From positions 128,001 through 192,000 of the forward strand of contig CAVSBT010000030.1 in NCBI GenBank assembly GCA_963726245.1: a stretch of DNA of 64,000 nucleotides, read 5' to 3'. Below are positions 28,954 to 39,396 of this stretch, piece after piece; the stretch's first letter is position 1; each line of letters begins with the position of its first letter. The notes under the pieces were generated by a model, which worked only from the letters and a program-made list of their open reading frames with translations, searched no databases and had not been told where the DNA came from. The translations under genes and the position numbers were made by a program. The DNA is from an uncultured Chloroflexia bacterium. GTDB lineage: Bacteria; Chloroflexota; Dehalococcoidia; DSTF01; JALHUB01.

Positions 28954-29982
28954 CTAGACCCGGGCCGCACAGACGCTGCGAACCCGCTCCACCGCCCTCT
29001 CGATGTCCTCACGGCTGACGTCGCTGTGGGTCACCATGCGGATGCGGTGCGGCCCGAAGGGGACCGCCAGCACGCCCGCCTCCTTGAGGGCAGCCAGGAA
29101 GTCCGGTGGCTCCCAACCCTCCAGCTCCATTGCCACGATGTTCGTCTGCACTGACGCCGCGTCGAGGCTGATGCCCGGCAGGGCCGACAGCCCCTCGGCC
29201 AGGAGACGGGCGTTCTCGTGGTCCTGGGCCAGTCGCTCAACCATCGTCTCCAGGGCGACGATGCCGGCGGCGGCGATGACCCCCACCTGACGCATGCCGC
29301 CTCCAACCATGCGCCGCATCTGCCGCGCCCTGGCGATGAAGTCGGCGCTGCCGTTGAGGATAGACCCCACCGGCGCCGAAAGCCCCTTCGAGAAGCAGAA
29401 GGTGACGGAATCGACAGGGGCGGCAAGCTCGGCGGCGGGCACGCCCAGCGCGACGGCGGCGTTGAAGATGCGCGCCCCGTCGAGGTGGACCCGCGCCCCA
29501 TGCGAGCGGGCCACGTCGGCGACCGCGGCCGTCTCGCCGGCAGTGAGGGCGGCGCCGCCGCAGCGGTTGTGGGTGTTCTCCAGGCAGACCAGGGTCGCGG
29601 GCGAGCCGGGCGCTTCCAGCGCCTTCTTCACCAGCGCCGGGTCCATGCCGCCGCGCTCATCGTTGGGGATGGCCACCAGCTCTACGCCGGCCAGCCGGCG
29701 TTCGCCGTCGCCCTCGTAGTAGTAGATGTGGGCCTCATCGCCGACCACCACGCGGTCGCCTCGCTGCGTCTGGGTGAGGACGGCCACCAGGTTGCCCATC
29801 GTACCGCTCGCCACGAAGAGAGCGGCCTCCTTGCCCATGGCGTCGGCGGCCATGCGCTCGAGTCGCCTGACGGTGGGGTCCTCCGAGTAGACGTCATCGC
29901 CCACCTCGGCCTCAGACATGGCCCGGCGCATAGCCGCGGTCGGGCGGGTGATCGTGTCGCTGCGCAGGTCTATCACATCCAT
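28954..29982 (-). CDS. ltaE: Low-specificity L-threonine aldolase
   Basis: DLRSDT, GDDVYSEDP, SGTMGN, LENTHN, HLDGARIFNA, PLP lysine in SKGLSAPVG. Confidence 0.95.
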   Translation of the reverse strand: MDVIDLRSDTITRPTAAMRRAMSEAEVGDDVYSEDPTVRRLERMAADAMGKEAALFVASGTMGNLVAVLTQTQRGDRVVVGDEAHIYYYEGDGERRLAGVELVAIPNDERGGMDPALVKKALEAPGSPATLVCLENTHNRCGGAALTAGETAAVADVARSHGARVHLDGARIFNAAVALGVPAAELAAPVDSVTFCFSKGLSAPVGSILNGSADFIARARQMRRMVGGGMRQVGVIAAAGIVALETMVERLAQDHENARLLAEGLSALPGISLDAASVQTNIVAMELEGWEPPDFLAALKEAGVLAVPFGPHRIRMVTHSDVSREDIERAVERVRSVCAARV

Positions 29983-30090
29983 CTATGGTGCCAAGCGGCA
30001 AGGATCTCCTGGTCGAAGGGTCACATTCAGTATAGGCAGGTGGTATCGCCCCCGGCAATTGGGGAATTGGCGCAGCGATGGCACCGCCGC

Positions 30091-30118
30091 GTAGGGGCGC
30101 AGCATGCTGCGCCCCTAC
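30091..30118. repeat. Perfect 28-bp GTAG-type REP palindrome
   Basis: GTAGGGGCGCAGCATGCTGCGCCCCTAC equals its own reverse complement. Confidence 0.85.
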
Positions 30119-30170
30119 CACCCGGTCCATGCTTCGGAAGATAGACAACCGCAAGCCCAGCACACGTACA

Positions 30171-30197
30171 CGACGGCCCCCTTGAGGGGGGCCGTCG
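30171..30197 (-). terminator. Hairpin downstream of the PFOR genes
   Basis: CGACGGCCCCC-loop-GGGGGCCGTCG followed on the minus strand by TGTACGTGT (weak U-tract). Confidence 0.55.
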
Positions 30198-30221
30198 ATG
30201 GCTATGAGCACGCTGCGCTGG

Positions 30222-32529
30222 CTAAAGCAGCGGGTGCTCGTCGCGGGCCTTGAGGCGGCGCCAGCGCCTCTCCACCTCTTCCTCGAACTCGTGCAGGAGG
30301 CCGGCGTTCTCCGGGCGCAGCATGTGACGCGTCTTGCCCATCATCCCCAGCCACTCGCTCACCGGGACCCGCTTCTTCCGACCCTCGGGGTCGTAGGTGA
30401 TGTGGGTGATGCCCGTGCTCGATCTCGTACAGGGGGAAGAAGCAGCTAGTCGACGGCGGCCTGCACGACTGCGCTGCCCCATTCGCTCCTCGCTGCGCCA
30501 GTTCAACGGGCAGGCGATGAGGAGCTTGCCGTAGACCATGCCCTCGTTGCGGGCGTACCACTGGGCCTTGGCCGCCTTCTCCACCAGGTCGTCGGCCCAG
30601 GCTCTCGATGCCGGTGAAGACGTAGGGGATGTTGGCTGGCGGCCATGATCTGGGCCGTGTCCTTGTGGTGGAAGCGCTTGCCCTGCTCGGCGGGCCGACG
30701 TGGCTGGTGGTGCGTGGCGTGGCCCAGCGGCGTCGAGTAGCTGAGCTGCGCGCCGGTGTTCATGTAGCCCTGGTTGTCGTACTCGAGGATGATGAGGGGT
30801 GGTTGCGCAGCGCGGCGCCGATGGCCGGCCCCATGCCGATGTCCATGCCGCCGTCGCCGGTGACCATCACGAAGGTGATGTCGTCCACGTCCGGCAGCTC
30901 GCCGCGGCGACGCCGCTCGTCGGTACATCTCGACCAGGCCCGAGAGGGTGGCGGCGCCGTTCTGGAACAGGTTGTGGACGTAGGTCACCCGGTGGGCGCT
31001 GATAGGGGTAGCCGGTGGTCACGACCATCGCCGCAGCCGGTCTGGTAGAGGACGACGACGTCGCCCTCGATGCCCCGCATGAACTGCTCGACGGCGGAGA
31101 AGATGCCGCAGCCCGGGCAGGCGCCGTGGCCCGGGGCGATGCGCTTGGGCCGGCGGTCAGCTCAGCGAGGATTGGGAGCCTTCACCTTCAGCTTGCCGGT
31201 GGCCTCGTCCCGCTCCACCTGCACGAGGTCTGGTAGACGTCCTCCTTCTCCAGCGGCGGCAAGTACGGGTACACGCCGGCGCCCGCCTCCGTGCCCCGGC
31301 GTGGCGCCGTGGTAGTCATACGGGACGGCGACGACGCCCGTGCGCGCCGTCTCCAGCGCCTCGTTGAAGAGGGCCTCCGCGTCCTCGAAGCGGAAGTCCT
31401 TGCCGCCCAGGCCGTAGATACGGTCCAGGCAGAGGGTGCGGTTCTCGGGGTCGTCCTTGAGCGCCGCCTTCACCTCGATGCTGAGGTTGCCTCCCTGGCC
31501 GCTGTAGGAGTCGGCTCGGTCGCCGATGAGGACGACCTTCACGTTGCGCAGGGCCTCGCGGAAGCCATCGGCCGGGAAGGGCCGCAGGACGTTGGGGCTC
31601 ACCACACCCACCGGCAGCCCCTTCTCGCGCAGGCTGTCCGCCGCGTCCTTGGCGGTCTCGGCGGCGGAGTTGAGCAGTACCAGCGCCACCTCGGCGTCCT
31701 CCATGCGGTAGTTGTCGACCAGGGGGTAGTGGCGGCCGCTCAGCTCGGCGTACTCGGCGAAGACGGCCGGCAGCTCCCGCATGGCGGCGTCCATGGCCAG
31801 CTTGAGCTGGTACTTGTTGTTGATGAGGTCCGGGTCGTTCATGTACGGCCCGATGGTGACCGGGTGCCGCGGGTCCAGCGCGTGGATGGGCGTCTTCGCT
31901 GGACCCACGAAGCGACGCACCACCTCATCGTCCTTGAAGTGCTCGACCCGCCGCTTCTGGTGGCTGGTGAAGAAGCCGTCGTACGCCACGATGACCGGCA
32001 GCCGCACGTCGGGGAGCTCGCCGATCTTCGGGGCGATGATGTTCATGTCGTAGACTGCCTGGGGGCTGCGGGCCAGGAGGATGATCCAGCCGATGTTGAG
32101 GGCATAGTACAGGTCGGAGTGGTCGCCGCGGATGTCGAGAGGGCCGCTGATGGCGCGTGTCACCAGGTTCAGCACCATCGGGTAGCGGGTTCCCGACTGC
32201 ACCGGTAGCTGCTCGATGGAGTAGAGCAGCCCGTTGGCGCTGGTGGCGTTCAGGACGCGGCCGCCGCCCACGGTGGCGCCGTAGCAGATGCCGGCTGCTC
32301 CGTGCTCGCCGTCCGCCGGGACCATGGCGATCTCGTGGACGCCCTCCGCCTTCATCTCGTCGAGGAACTCGGCGATCTCAGTGGAGGGCGTGATGGGGAA
32401 GTAGCCCATCAAGTGGTAGTTGACCTGTCTGGCGGCCAGGGCGGCCATCTCGTTGCCGGTCTTGAAAGCCGGGACCTGCTCGGCTCGGACGGCCGTTTTC
32501 CCCGCACCTACTCTCGTAGTCGTCACCAT
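30222..32529 (-). CDS. Pyruvate/2-oxoacid:ferredoxin oxidoreductase, fused alpha-beta subunit (many frameshifts in the beta half)
   Basis: Alpha: GNEMAA, YFPITPST, GEHGAAG, DGFFTSH. Continues with no RBS or intergenic gap into beta: APGHGACPGCG, TPP motif TGDGGMDIG, YDNQGYMNTGAQ. Confidence 0.85.
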
Positions 32530-32544
32530 CAGCTCTTCTCCTCG

Positions 32545-33645
32545 TCAGGGCGCTCCCCATTCTCCCGCCTTGCGGGAGCCGGGCCCCGCGCCGATCGCCA
32601 CCTCTTTCGCGCGCGTAACAGCGACGTATCGCTGCGCCCGATGGCTTTCGGCCCATCCCTCCGTCTCCGGGATTTCGACCAGGGCGGCCGGGTGCACGGG
32701 GCACACCTCGACGCACTTCAGGCAGCCCTTGCAATACTGGTAGTCGATGCCCTGAAGCATCATGCCGGGCCGCCCCTTCTCGTCCACGCCTTCCTGCCAG
32801 ACGAAGCACATGTCGGGGCAGACCATGTCGCAGAGGCCGCAGTTGTTGCAGGCCTCCTGGACGAACTCGGGCAGGGTGCCCAGGCGACCTGGGCTCATGT
32901 CCTTGACGACGGTGTTCGCCGGGTGGAGGATCGCGCCACCGAGGGGCGCATTGAGGTAGCCCAAAGCCGGACCGCCGGCAGCCGTCTCCACCGGCTTGTA
33001 CTCGCCGGGGATGCGCTCCAGCTTGACCTCGCTGTAGCCGCGGTCGAAGGTGCGAATGTTGGCGTCCAGCAGGTGAGCGTAGCGTGCCGCGAAGGTGCCG
33101 GCCAGCGCCTGCCGCACCGCCTCGACGTCCATGAAGCCCATGCCCCGGACGATGGCGCCCAGCATGGCGGTGTTGATGCGTGTCTTCTCCTCCAGGGCTA
33201 TGCCCAGGGCATCGACGGTGCCCACGGTGATTCCCTGGAGGCCCATACGCTCCGCCACCTCGGCCGGAGAGTGACGCGTGTTCAGGAGGAATACCCCATC
33301 CTCCTCCAGACCCTCCAGTACGGTCTTGGTCCGGGTCAGCGCCTCGTGGAAGACCGCCACCAGGTGCGGCCGGTCGACGGGGCTGCTGGTGCGCACCTCC
33401 CGGTCGCGCTCCGTCAAGCGGACGAAGGAGCGGAGCGGCGTTCCCTTCTTTTCAGACCCGTAGGAGGAGAAGTGGGCGCCGTTCAGCCCCATCCCCAGCA
33501 CGCCGGCTTCAGCCAGAGTCTGCCCGGCCAGGTGCGCGCCCAGCCCGCCGATGGACTCGATGCGAACCTCATAGTAGCCCAGGGCGTTGGTCCGAGGCAG
33601 CGGTGCGCCGTCCCGGGGCAATCCCGCCTTCCCTAGAACTGTCAT
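32545..33645 (-). CDS. 2-oxoacid:ferredoxin oxidoreductase, fused gamma-delta subunit
   Basis: Gamma: ESIGGLG, YGSEKKG, NTAMLGA. Delta ferredoxin: CNNCGLCDMVCP, CKGCLKCVEVCP. Confidence 0.92.
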   Translation of the reverse strand: MTVLGKAGLPRDGAPLPRTNALGYYEVRIESIGGLGAHLAGQTLAEAGVLGMGLNGAHFSSYGSEKKGTPLRSFVRLTERDREVRTSSPVDRPHLVAVFHEALTRTKTVLEGLEEDGVFLLNTRHSPAEVAERMGLQGITVGTVDALGIALEEKTRINTAMLGAIVRGMGFMDVEAVRQALAGTFAARYAHLLDANIRTFDRGYSEVKLERIPGEYKPVETAAGGPALGYLNAPLGGAILHPANTVVKDMSPGRLGTLPEFVQEACNNCGLCDMVCPDMCFVWQEGVDEKGRPGMMLQGIDYQYCKGCLKCVEVCPVHPAALVEIPETEGWAESHRAQRYVAVTRAKEVAIGAGPGSRKAGEWGAP

Positions 33646-33923
33646 CTCATCCGCCCCTCTCTGTCTCCATACGTTAGCCGATCGCTCCTCTTATAGAGTA
33701 GAGCCCGCGCTTATGCCGTCAATAGAGCCATCTGGGACAAGCCCGTCCCGCCGATAGGACCGAGCGCTCCCTCCATTCGGCCCTTGCTACATGTGGCCCT
33801 CTACTTAATGCATTTAGCCTACCATCCAGGGGGACACCGTGCAACCGATCGGACTGCCACCTGTAGAGGCGATGATAGCGGTACGATTCCTCTCCGTCTA
33901 CCTCTGCGCCCGGGCTGATGGTG

Positions 33924-34937
33924 TTAGGGGGCCGTCGACGGGGCTGTGCGACCCAGGGCGCGGCACAGCGGGCCGAGTTGCTTCGCCAAGAGGGGCAGAG
34001 CATCGGCCGGTAACGCCTGCCCGCCCGCTGCCGAGGATTCCAGCGCCGCCTCAACCACGATGCCGTCGGCACCCGCTGCCACGGCGGCCAGCGCCAGTGA
34101 CTGCGCGACATCGGCGCCGCCCGCCAGGGTCGGGTCGGCGAGCAAGGGCAGATGACTGAGGCGGTGAACCAGCGGCAGCGAACTGAGGTCCAGCGTTCGC
34201 GCTGTGGCCGGCTCGAAGGTCCGGATGCCGGCCTCGCAGAGGGCAACCTGGCCGTGGCCCAACGCGAGGAGATACTCGGCGGCCACCAGCCACTCCTCCA
34301 CTTCCGCCGAGGGACCCCTCTCCAGCACCACAGGCAGGCCCGTGCCGGCGCAACGTCGCAAGAGGGCGGCGTTGCCCATGTCCTCACCGCCCACGTACAG
34401 CGCCTGGGCGGTGGATGCCGCGGCCTCCGCCTCTTCCTCACTCCTCACCTCCGCCAGCACGGCCAGCCCGGCCTCGCGAGCCAGGGACGCCCGCCGGGCC
34501 AGGGTCTCGGCCTGGCGCTCCGGAGCGTAGGGGGAGAGCGTCCGCGATCCGACCGACACCCGAATCAGACGCGCGCCCGCCTCGCGGGCGGACCGCGCCA
34601 GCGCCGGAAGCTGGCCTTCATCTTCGAGGAAGCGCGCCCCCACAGCCAGCACCACCGCCTTTGCGCCCAGCTCGACGTCGCCGATGCGCACCACGCTGCC
34701 CTCTGGCTTGAAGTCGCGGCTGGCGAGCGTGAAGGGCCGCGCGATAGGGGCCACCCGGTCTACGCCCGCCATCGTCGACACGAAGGCGACGGCGGTTGGA
34801 GCAAGCTCCGTGAGCACGACGATGATCGTTCTCTCGACGCCGCGGCTCACCTGGTACGCGGCGCCGGCTCGCTGGAGGTAGGAGAGGAGAGCCTCGATCT
34901 CCTCCTCGCCGGCGGTAGACAGCATGACGATAACCAT
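33924..34937 (-). CDS. Type I-beta DAHP synthase (AroF-like) homolog with N-terminal ACT domain, catalytic residues lost
   Basis: Collinear with Thermotoga-type DAHPS (SRGVERT, LASRDFKPE, SPY, EEWLVAAEY, GIRTFE, TLDLS, SHLP, GADGIVVE), but GPC, KPRT, GAR, LKRG, ERG and DPSH are substituted. Confidence 0.85.
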   Translation of the reverse strand: MVIVMLSTAGEEEIEALLSYLQRAGAAYQVSRGVERTIIVVLTELAPTAVAFVSTMAGVDRVAPIARPFTLASRDFKPEGSVVRIGDVELGAKAVVLAVGARFLEDEGQLPALARSAREAGARLIRVSVGSRTLSPYAPERQAETLARRASLAREAGLAVLAEVRSEEEAEAAASTAQALYVGGEDMGNAALLRRCAGTGLPVVLERGPSAEVEEWLVAAEYLLALGHGQVALCEAGIRTFEPATARTLDLSSLPLVHRLSHLPLLADPTLAGGADVAQSLALAAVAAGADGIVVEAALESSAAGGQALPADALPLLAKQLGPLCRALGRTAPSTAP

Positions 34938-34951
34938 GAGCGCTCCCTACG

Positions 34952-35596
34952 TCAGACTCCGTCCACGAGCTGCACACGGAAGAAATCGAGGACGGCGGTC
35001 GCCAGCGCGTCCTCGTGGCCCCACCAGAAGTGGTCGGCGCTCGCGACCGACCGTATCTCGCAGCGCGATCCCAGTGACATCGCCATCTCTGGAAGCCGCC
35101 TCGCCGGCGATATGTCGTCGCGGTCGCCGGAGACGAGCAGGGTCGGGATGTCCGGCTGAACGCGGCCGGCGTCCAGCCCACCCGCCGGCGGCGAGGCGGC
35201 GGCCACGGCGCGCACCCGCTCGTCGGCGGCCGTAAGTGCTACCAGGGCGCCGAAGGAGTAGCCGGCCAGCCCCAGGCGGCCGCCGTCGACCTCTGCCAGG
35301 CCTCCCAGGAAGTCCAGGGCAGCGCGCGCGTCCTCCCTTTCGCCAACGCCGCCGCCGTAGGAGCCGCCGCTTCCTCCAACGCCTCTGAAGTTGAAGCGCA
35401 GCGCCATCATCCCGCCTCCGGCAAGGGCGTTGCAGAGAGCCACCACCACGTTGTTCCCCATGTCGCCGCCGTAGAGAGGGTGAGGGTGGCAGACGGCGAC
35501 GGCGGGCAGACCCGACCCTTGCGGCCGGTGGAGGACCCCCACCAGCGTCAGGTCACCGGAGGCGAAACGCACGGGCTCGGCGGCGATGGTCATCAA
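34952..35596 (-). CDS. Alpha/beta hydrolase
   Basis: CHPHPLYGGDMGN, RFNFRGVGGS, GYSFG nucleophile, GDRD, ADHFW. Confidence 0.92.
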   Translation of the reverse strand: MMTIAAEPVRFASGDLTLVGVLHRPQGSGLPAVAVCHPHPLYGGDMGNNVVVALCNALAGGGMMALRFNFRGVGGSGGSYGGGVGEREDARAALDFLGGLAEVDGGRLGLAGYSFGALVALTAADERVRAVAAASPPAGGLDAGRVQPDIPTLLVSGDRDDISPARRLPEMAMSLGSRCEIRSVASADHFWWGHEDALATAVLDFFRVQLVDGV

Positions 35597-35662
35597 AATC
35601 CGTCAGCATCCTACGAACAAGGGTACCTGGACACTTCTGCCGTATAGTACAGGAGCAGACGG

Positions 35663-35710
35663 CAGCGGCAAAGGCGTCGCCGCCGAAGCGGTGTGCACCG
35701 CTGGACCGCC
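35663..35710. repeat. Direct repeat, left copy (partner at 37302-37349)
   Basis: 24 bp identical CAGCGGCAAAGGCGTCGCCGCCGA, then 18/24 identity. Confidence 0.8.
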
Positions 35711-35879
35711 AGCGTCCCGGCGCATGGCTATGGCCCCCGTCCACGGCTCCGCCCAATCAGCGGCGAAGCACGGCAAGCGCGATTGGACGGGGGAGAACTC
35801 CCGAGAGGTTCCTCACGAACAGCATGCCACAACCGCACGGTGTTGCCCTATTAGCACTAACAGCGATACTGTCAAATCC

Positions 35880-37232
35880 ATGCAGGACACTGGTAGTGCC
35901 TTTGCTGTGGGCCGGACCCCGCCCGCGTGGCTGCCAGGCAGGGTCTGGTACCATCTGCATTCCCTTCGAGCCGCCGGCGCTCCAGACCACAATCCCGACG
36001 TGACGGGCCGCCCTCCAACGGGCAGAGGTCTCCAACGGCTCCTAGGATGGCTGGACCACGTTGCGAGTCTGGGCTGCGGCGGCATCCTATTGACCCCGAC
36101 ATTCGTGTGTATGACGCACGGCTATGATGCGGTCGACTACTTCCGGATCGATCAGCGGCTGGGGGACGAAGACGATCTTGCCGCCTTCGTCGAGGCCTGC
36201 CACGATCGCAACCTCAAGGTCCTTTTCGACGGCGTATTCCACCATGTCGGCCGGGACTTCCCGGGCTTCCGAGATGTGCTGGCCCACGGAGCGGCTTCGC
36301 CATACGCCAGCTGGTTTCGGCTCGACTTCTCGCGCGACGACGGAGATGGGTTCACCTACCGAACCTTCGAAGGTCATCGGGACCTCGTCGCACTGAACCA
36401 CCGCAGCTCTGAGGTCCTCGATTGGGCGGTCAGCATCGCCGAGCACTGGCTCGATCGCGGAGTTGATGGCTGGCGGCTCGACGCCGCGTACGCCATTCTC
36501 CCCGCGTTCCTCGCCGAGTTCTCGGCGCGGGTTCTACGCGAACACCCAGACGCCTTCCTGTTCGGAGAGATGATCCACGGAGACTATGTCAGATTCGTCG
36601 AGCAGACCGGCCTGCACTCCGTCACGCAGTACGAGCTGTACAAGGCGATCTGGAGCTCCCTCAACGATGCCAACTTCTTCGAACTCGCCTGGGCTCTCCG
36701 GCGCCACGAGACGTTCGCGCACACCTTCGTCCCGTTCACATTCGTTGGCAACCACGACGTCACCCGGCTGCTGACACGACTACGCAGCCCATCGCACCTT
36801 GGACACGCTTTGGCGGTGCTCTTCACCGTGCCGGGCAGCCCCTGCCTCTACTACGGAGATGAATTCGCCTTCCGGGGCCGCAAGGGGCACGGAGCCCGCG
36901 GTGACGACGCCATCCGGCCCCGCCTGCCGGACTCACCCTTCGCTCAGAACGCGGAACAGGCCACGGCTTTCGAACTCCACAGGCAGCTGATCACCCTGCG
37001 TGCCGAGCGGCCCTGGCTCACCACCGGACACATACAGGTGGTCGAACTCACAACGGAGCAGATACGATACACCGTAGCCGGCTGCGGAGGCGAACTGCTC
37101 ATCGTGCTCAACGTCGCCGCATCGGGGTCCATCCGTATCGACCTCGACAGGTGGCGGCGGATAGCCAGCACGGACCTTTCGAATGACGGGACGCTTCCAC
37201 CCGGTTCCTGGAGCATCTGGACACGACGATGA
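35880..37232 (+). CDS. GH13 alpha-amylase family glycoside hydrolase
   Basis: HGYD, DGVFHHVG, DGWRLDAAY, GEMIHG, FVGNHDV, LYYGDE; start at ATG 35880 is approximate. Confidence 0.92.
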   Translation: MQDTGSAFAVGRTPPAWLPGRVWYHLHSLRAAGAPDHNPDVTGRPPTGRGLQRLLGWLDHVASLGCGGILLTPTFVCMTHGYDAVDYFRIDQRLGDEDDLAAFVEACHDRNLKVLFDGVFHHVGRDFPGFRDVLAHGAASPYASWFRLDFSRDDGDGFTYRTFEGHRDLVALNHRSSEVLDWAVSIAEHWLDRGVDGWRLDAAYAILPAFLAEFSARVLREHPDAFLFGEMIHGDYVRFVEQTGLHSVTQYELYKAIWSSLNDANFFELAWALRRHETFAHTFVPFTFVGNHDVTRLLTRLRSPSHLGHALAVLFTVPGSPCLYYGDEFAFRGRKGHGARGDDAIRPRLPDSPFAQNAEQATAFELHRQLITLRAERPWLTTGHIQVVELTTEQIRYTVAGCGGELLIVLNVAASGSIRIDLDRWRRIASTDLSNDGTLPPGSWSIWTRR

Positions 37233-37301
37233 CCCGAGCCAGCAGCCAAGTAAACCGCCGGACTGAGCGAGCCAACCGCACCAGAGCCCCAATCGTCGCC
37301 A

Positions 37302-37349
37302 CAGCGGCAAAGGCGTCGCCGCCGAGGTGCTTTGCGCCGCTAGACCGCC
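37302..37349. repeat. Direct repeat, right copy, overlapping the amidase stop
   Basis: CAGCGGCAAAGGCGTCGCCGCCGAGGTGCTTTGCGCCGCTAGACCGCC; itself an imperfect hairpin. Confidence 0.8.
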
Positions 37350-38737
37350 GGCGGGAGGCGCCCTTTCCAGCCGCCGGCCTCCTCGTAGGCGGCGCCCACG
37401 CGCAGCACCGTCGCCTCCTCGAAGTGACGCCCGACGATCTGGAGCCCGATGGGCAACTCCGCCGTCGAGAGCCCGCAGGGCACCGACAGCGCCGGCACAC
37501 CGGCCAGGTTGAAGGGCAACGTGCAGCGGATAAGGGCCAGGGCGGGTGGATCCGTGCGGCACTGCTCGATGGTGGGGGCAGTGATGGGCGTCGTGGGGGT
37601 CAGGAGGACGTCGATGCGCGTGAAGAGCTCTTCGAACGCTCGCCGGAAGTCAATCCGCGCCCGCTGAGCCTTGATGTAGTCCACGGCGGTCAGCGCCTGA
37701 CCTGCCCTCAGCAAGGCCAGCACATCCGCGCCGTAGTCGCCGGGGCGCTCCTGGAGGTACTTCTCGTGGTAGGCGGCGGCCTCGGCCACCATCACCGGTA
37801 TGCCCACGGCCAGGGCCTGCTCCACACCCGGCACCTCCACCTCCGTCACATCGGCGCCCCCGGCCTCCAAGACCGAGGCGGCCCGGCGTACGGCGGTCAC
37901 CACCTCCGGGTCGGCCTTGTCGAAGAAGTAGTTGCGGGGCACCCCCAGGCGCAGCCCTCGCACGCCGCCGCGGAGGGCATCGCGGTAGTCGCTCGCCGGC
38001 CGGTCGACCGACGCAGGGTCCGCGGGATCGTGGCCCGCGATTACCTCCAAGAGCAGCGCGGCGTCCTCCACCGTGCGCGTCATCGGCCCCACGTGGTCCA
38101 GCGACCAGCTCAGCGGTAGCACGCCTCGCAGGCTGGCCAGCCCGTAGGTGGGCTTCAGCCCCACTATCCCGCAGAACGACGACGGTATGCGTATGGAGCC
38201 GGCGGTGTCGCTGCCCAGGGAGCCGGCGCACAGGGCAGCGGCGACGGCGGCCGCCGACCCGCCGCTGGAGCCGCCGGGGATGCGCGTGGTGTCCCAGGGG
38301 TTGGCAGTCGGCCCGAAGTGGGGGTTGATGTTGGTGGCACCCCCCGCCCACTCGTGCATGTTGAGCTTGCCGAGGAGCAAAGCCCCCGCACGCCGCAGCC
38401 GGGCGACCACGTGGGCGTCCTCCTCGGGAACCCAGTCGGCGAGGATTCTTGGAGCCGGCGGTGGTGCGCAGGCCGCGTGTAGCGAAGAGATCCTTGATGG
38501 CCAGCGGCACGCCGTGGAGTGGTCCCAGCTCCAGGCCGCGGGCCACCTCGTCCTCGGCCTGGCGGGCGCAGCGCAGGGCCTCGTCGGCGGCGACGGTGAT
38601 GTAGGCGTTCAGGGTTGGGTCAAGCGCTTCGATACGCCGCAGGTAGCCCTCGGCCAGCTCGACGGGCGACATCTTCTTGCGGCGCACCAGGGACGCCGCC
38701 TCGCGAGCGTCAGTTCTCGCAGGTCCTGCTCCCCCAC
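37340..38737 (-). CDS. Amidase (amidase-signature/GatA family; frameshifts near 38448 and 38700)
   Basis: GPLHGVPLAIKD, GKLNMHE, PGGSSGGS, GSDTAGSIRIP, GLKPTYG. Confidence 0.92.
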
Positions 38738-38907
38738 CTTGACCTCCTTGCCGGCGAGCCCCGACATGCTGTCGCCCAGTATAGCGTCCGCCCCTAACGG
38801 CGCAACCGCTGATGGCACCGCGCAGGTTGGTGGACCAGGGCAGATCACCGCTCAGTTAGCGACGTGCTGAAACCGGGACGAGGTGTTTGCCGAGGAAAGA
38901 GATGAAC

Positions 38908-39396
38908 TTACGAGGAAGGCCGGTTGTTGTAGTTCTCGCCGTTGGCCCGCACCTGCTCCATGAAGTCGCGCAGGCCCTGGATGATGCGCTCCGTCGACTC
39001 CTCCAGCGCCCGCACGGCCGCCTCACTGCTGGCCAGGCTGTCGGCGACCTGGCCGCTGTATGCCGTGCGCGCTTCGGACATCTTGCGGAAGGAGTCGTCG
39101 AGCTCGGAAAGGAGCGGGAGGAGCGAACGCATCGCCTCGCCTTCGTTCGGCGCGGCTTCCATCGGTGGTGGCGCGGACCTGACGAAGGTGTGGGCGGGCC
39201 CGCCTGGCGCCCAGCTACGCACGATCTCTTCGATGCGCGAAAGCGCTTCGATGGTGGCCCTGTGCGTGCTCCGCGTATCGCCATACTGACGCCAGGTGGA
39301 GAGCACTGCCACCACGGTCATTATGAGCAGCCCAAGCAAAGCCAGGGCCACCGCTATGATAGCCACCAGGAACTGAAAGGTGTCGTTGTCCCCCAC
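38908..39396 (-). CDS. Hypothetical single-pass membrane protein with predicted coiled coil
   Basis: N-terminal hydrophobic helix, then amphipathic helices. Confidence 0.65.
   Translation of the reverse strand: MGDNDTFQFLVAIIAVALALLGLLIMTVVAVLSTWRQYGDTRSTHRATIEALSRIEEIVRSWAPGGPAHTFVRSAPPPMEAAPNEGEAMRSLLPLLSELDDSFRKMSEARTAYSGQVADSLASSEAAVRALEESTERIIQGLRDFMEQVRANGENYNNRPSS

Noticed and set aside
35851-35877. CIRCE-like TTAGCACT upstream of the GH13 gene
   Set aside because: The right half-site GAGTGCTAA at N9 spacing is absent and the gene is not a chaperone
35663-37349. Integron cassette with attC sites
   Set aside because: The repeats lack RYYYAAC/GTTRRRY boxes and no integron integrase is present
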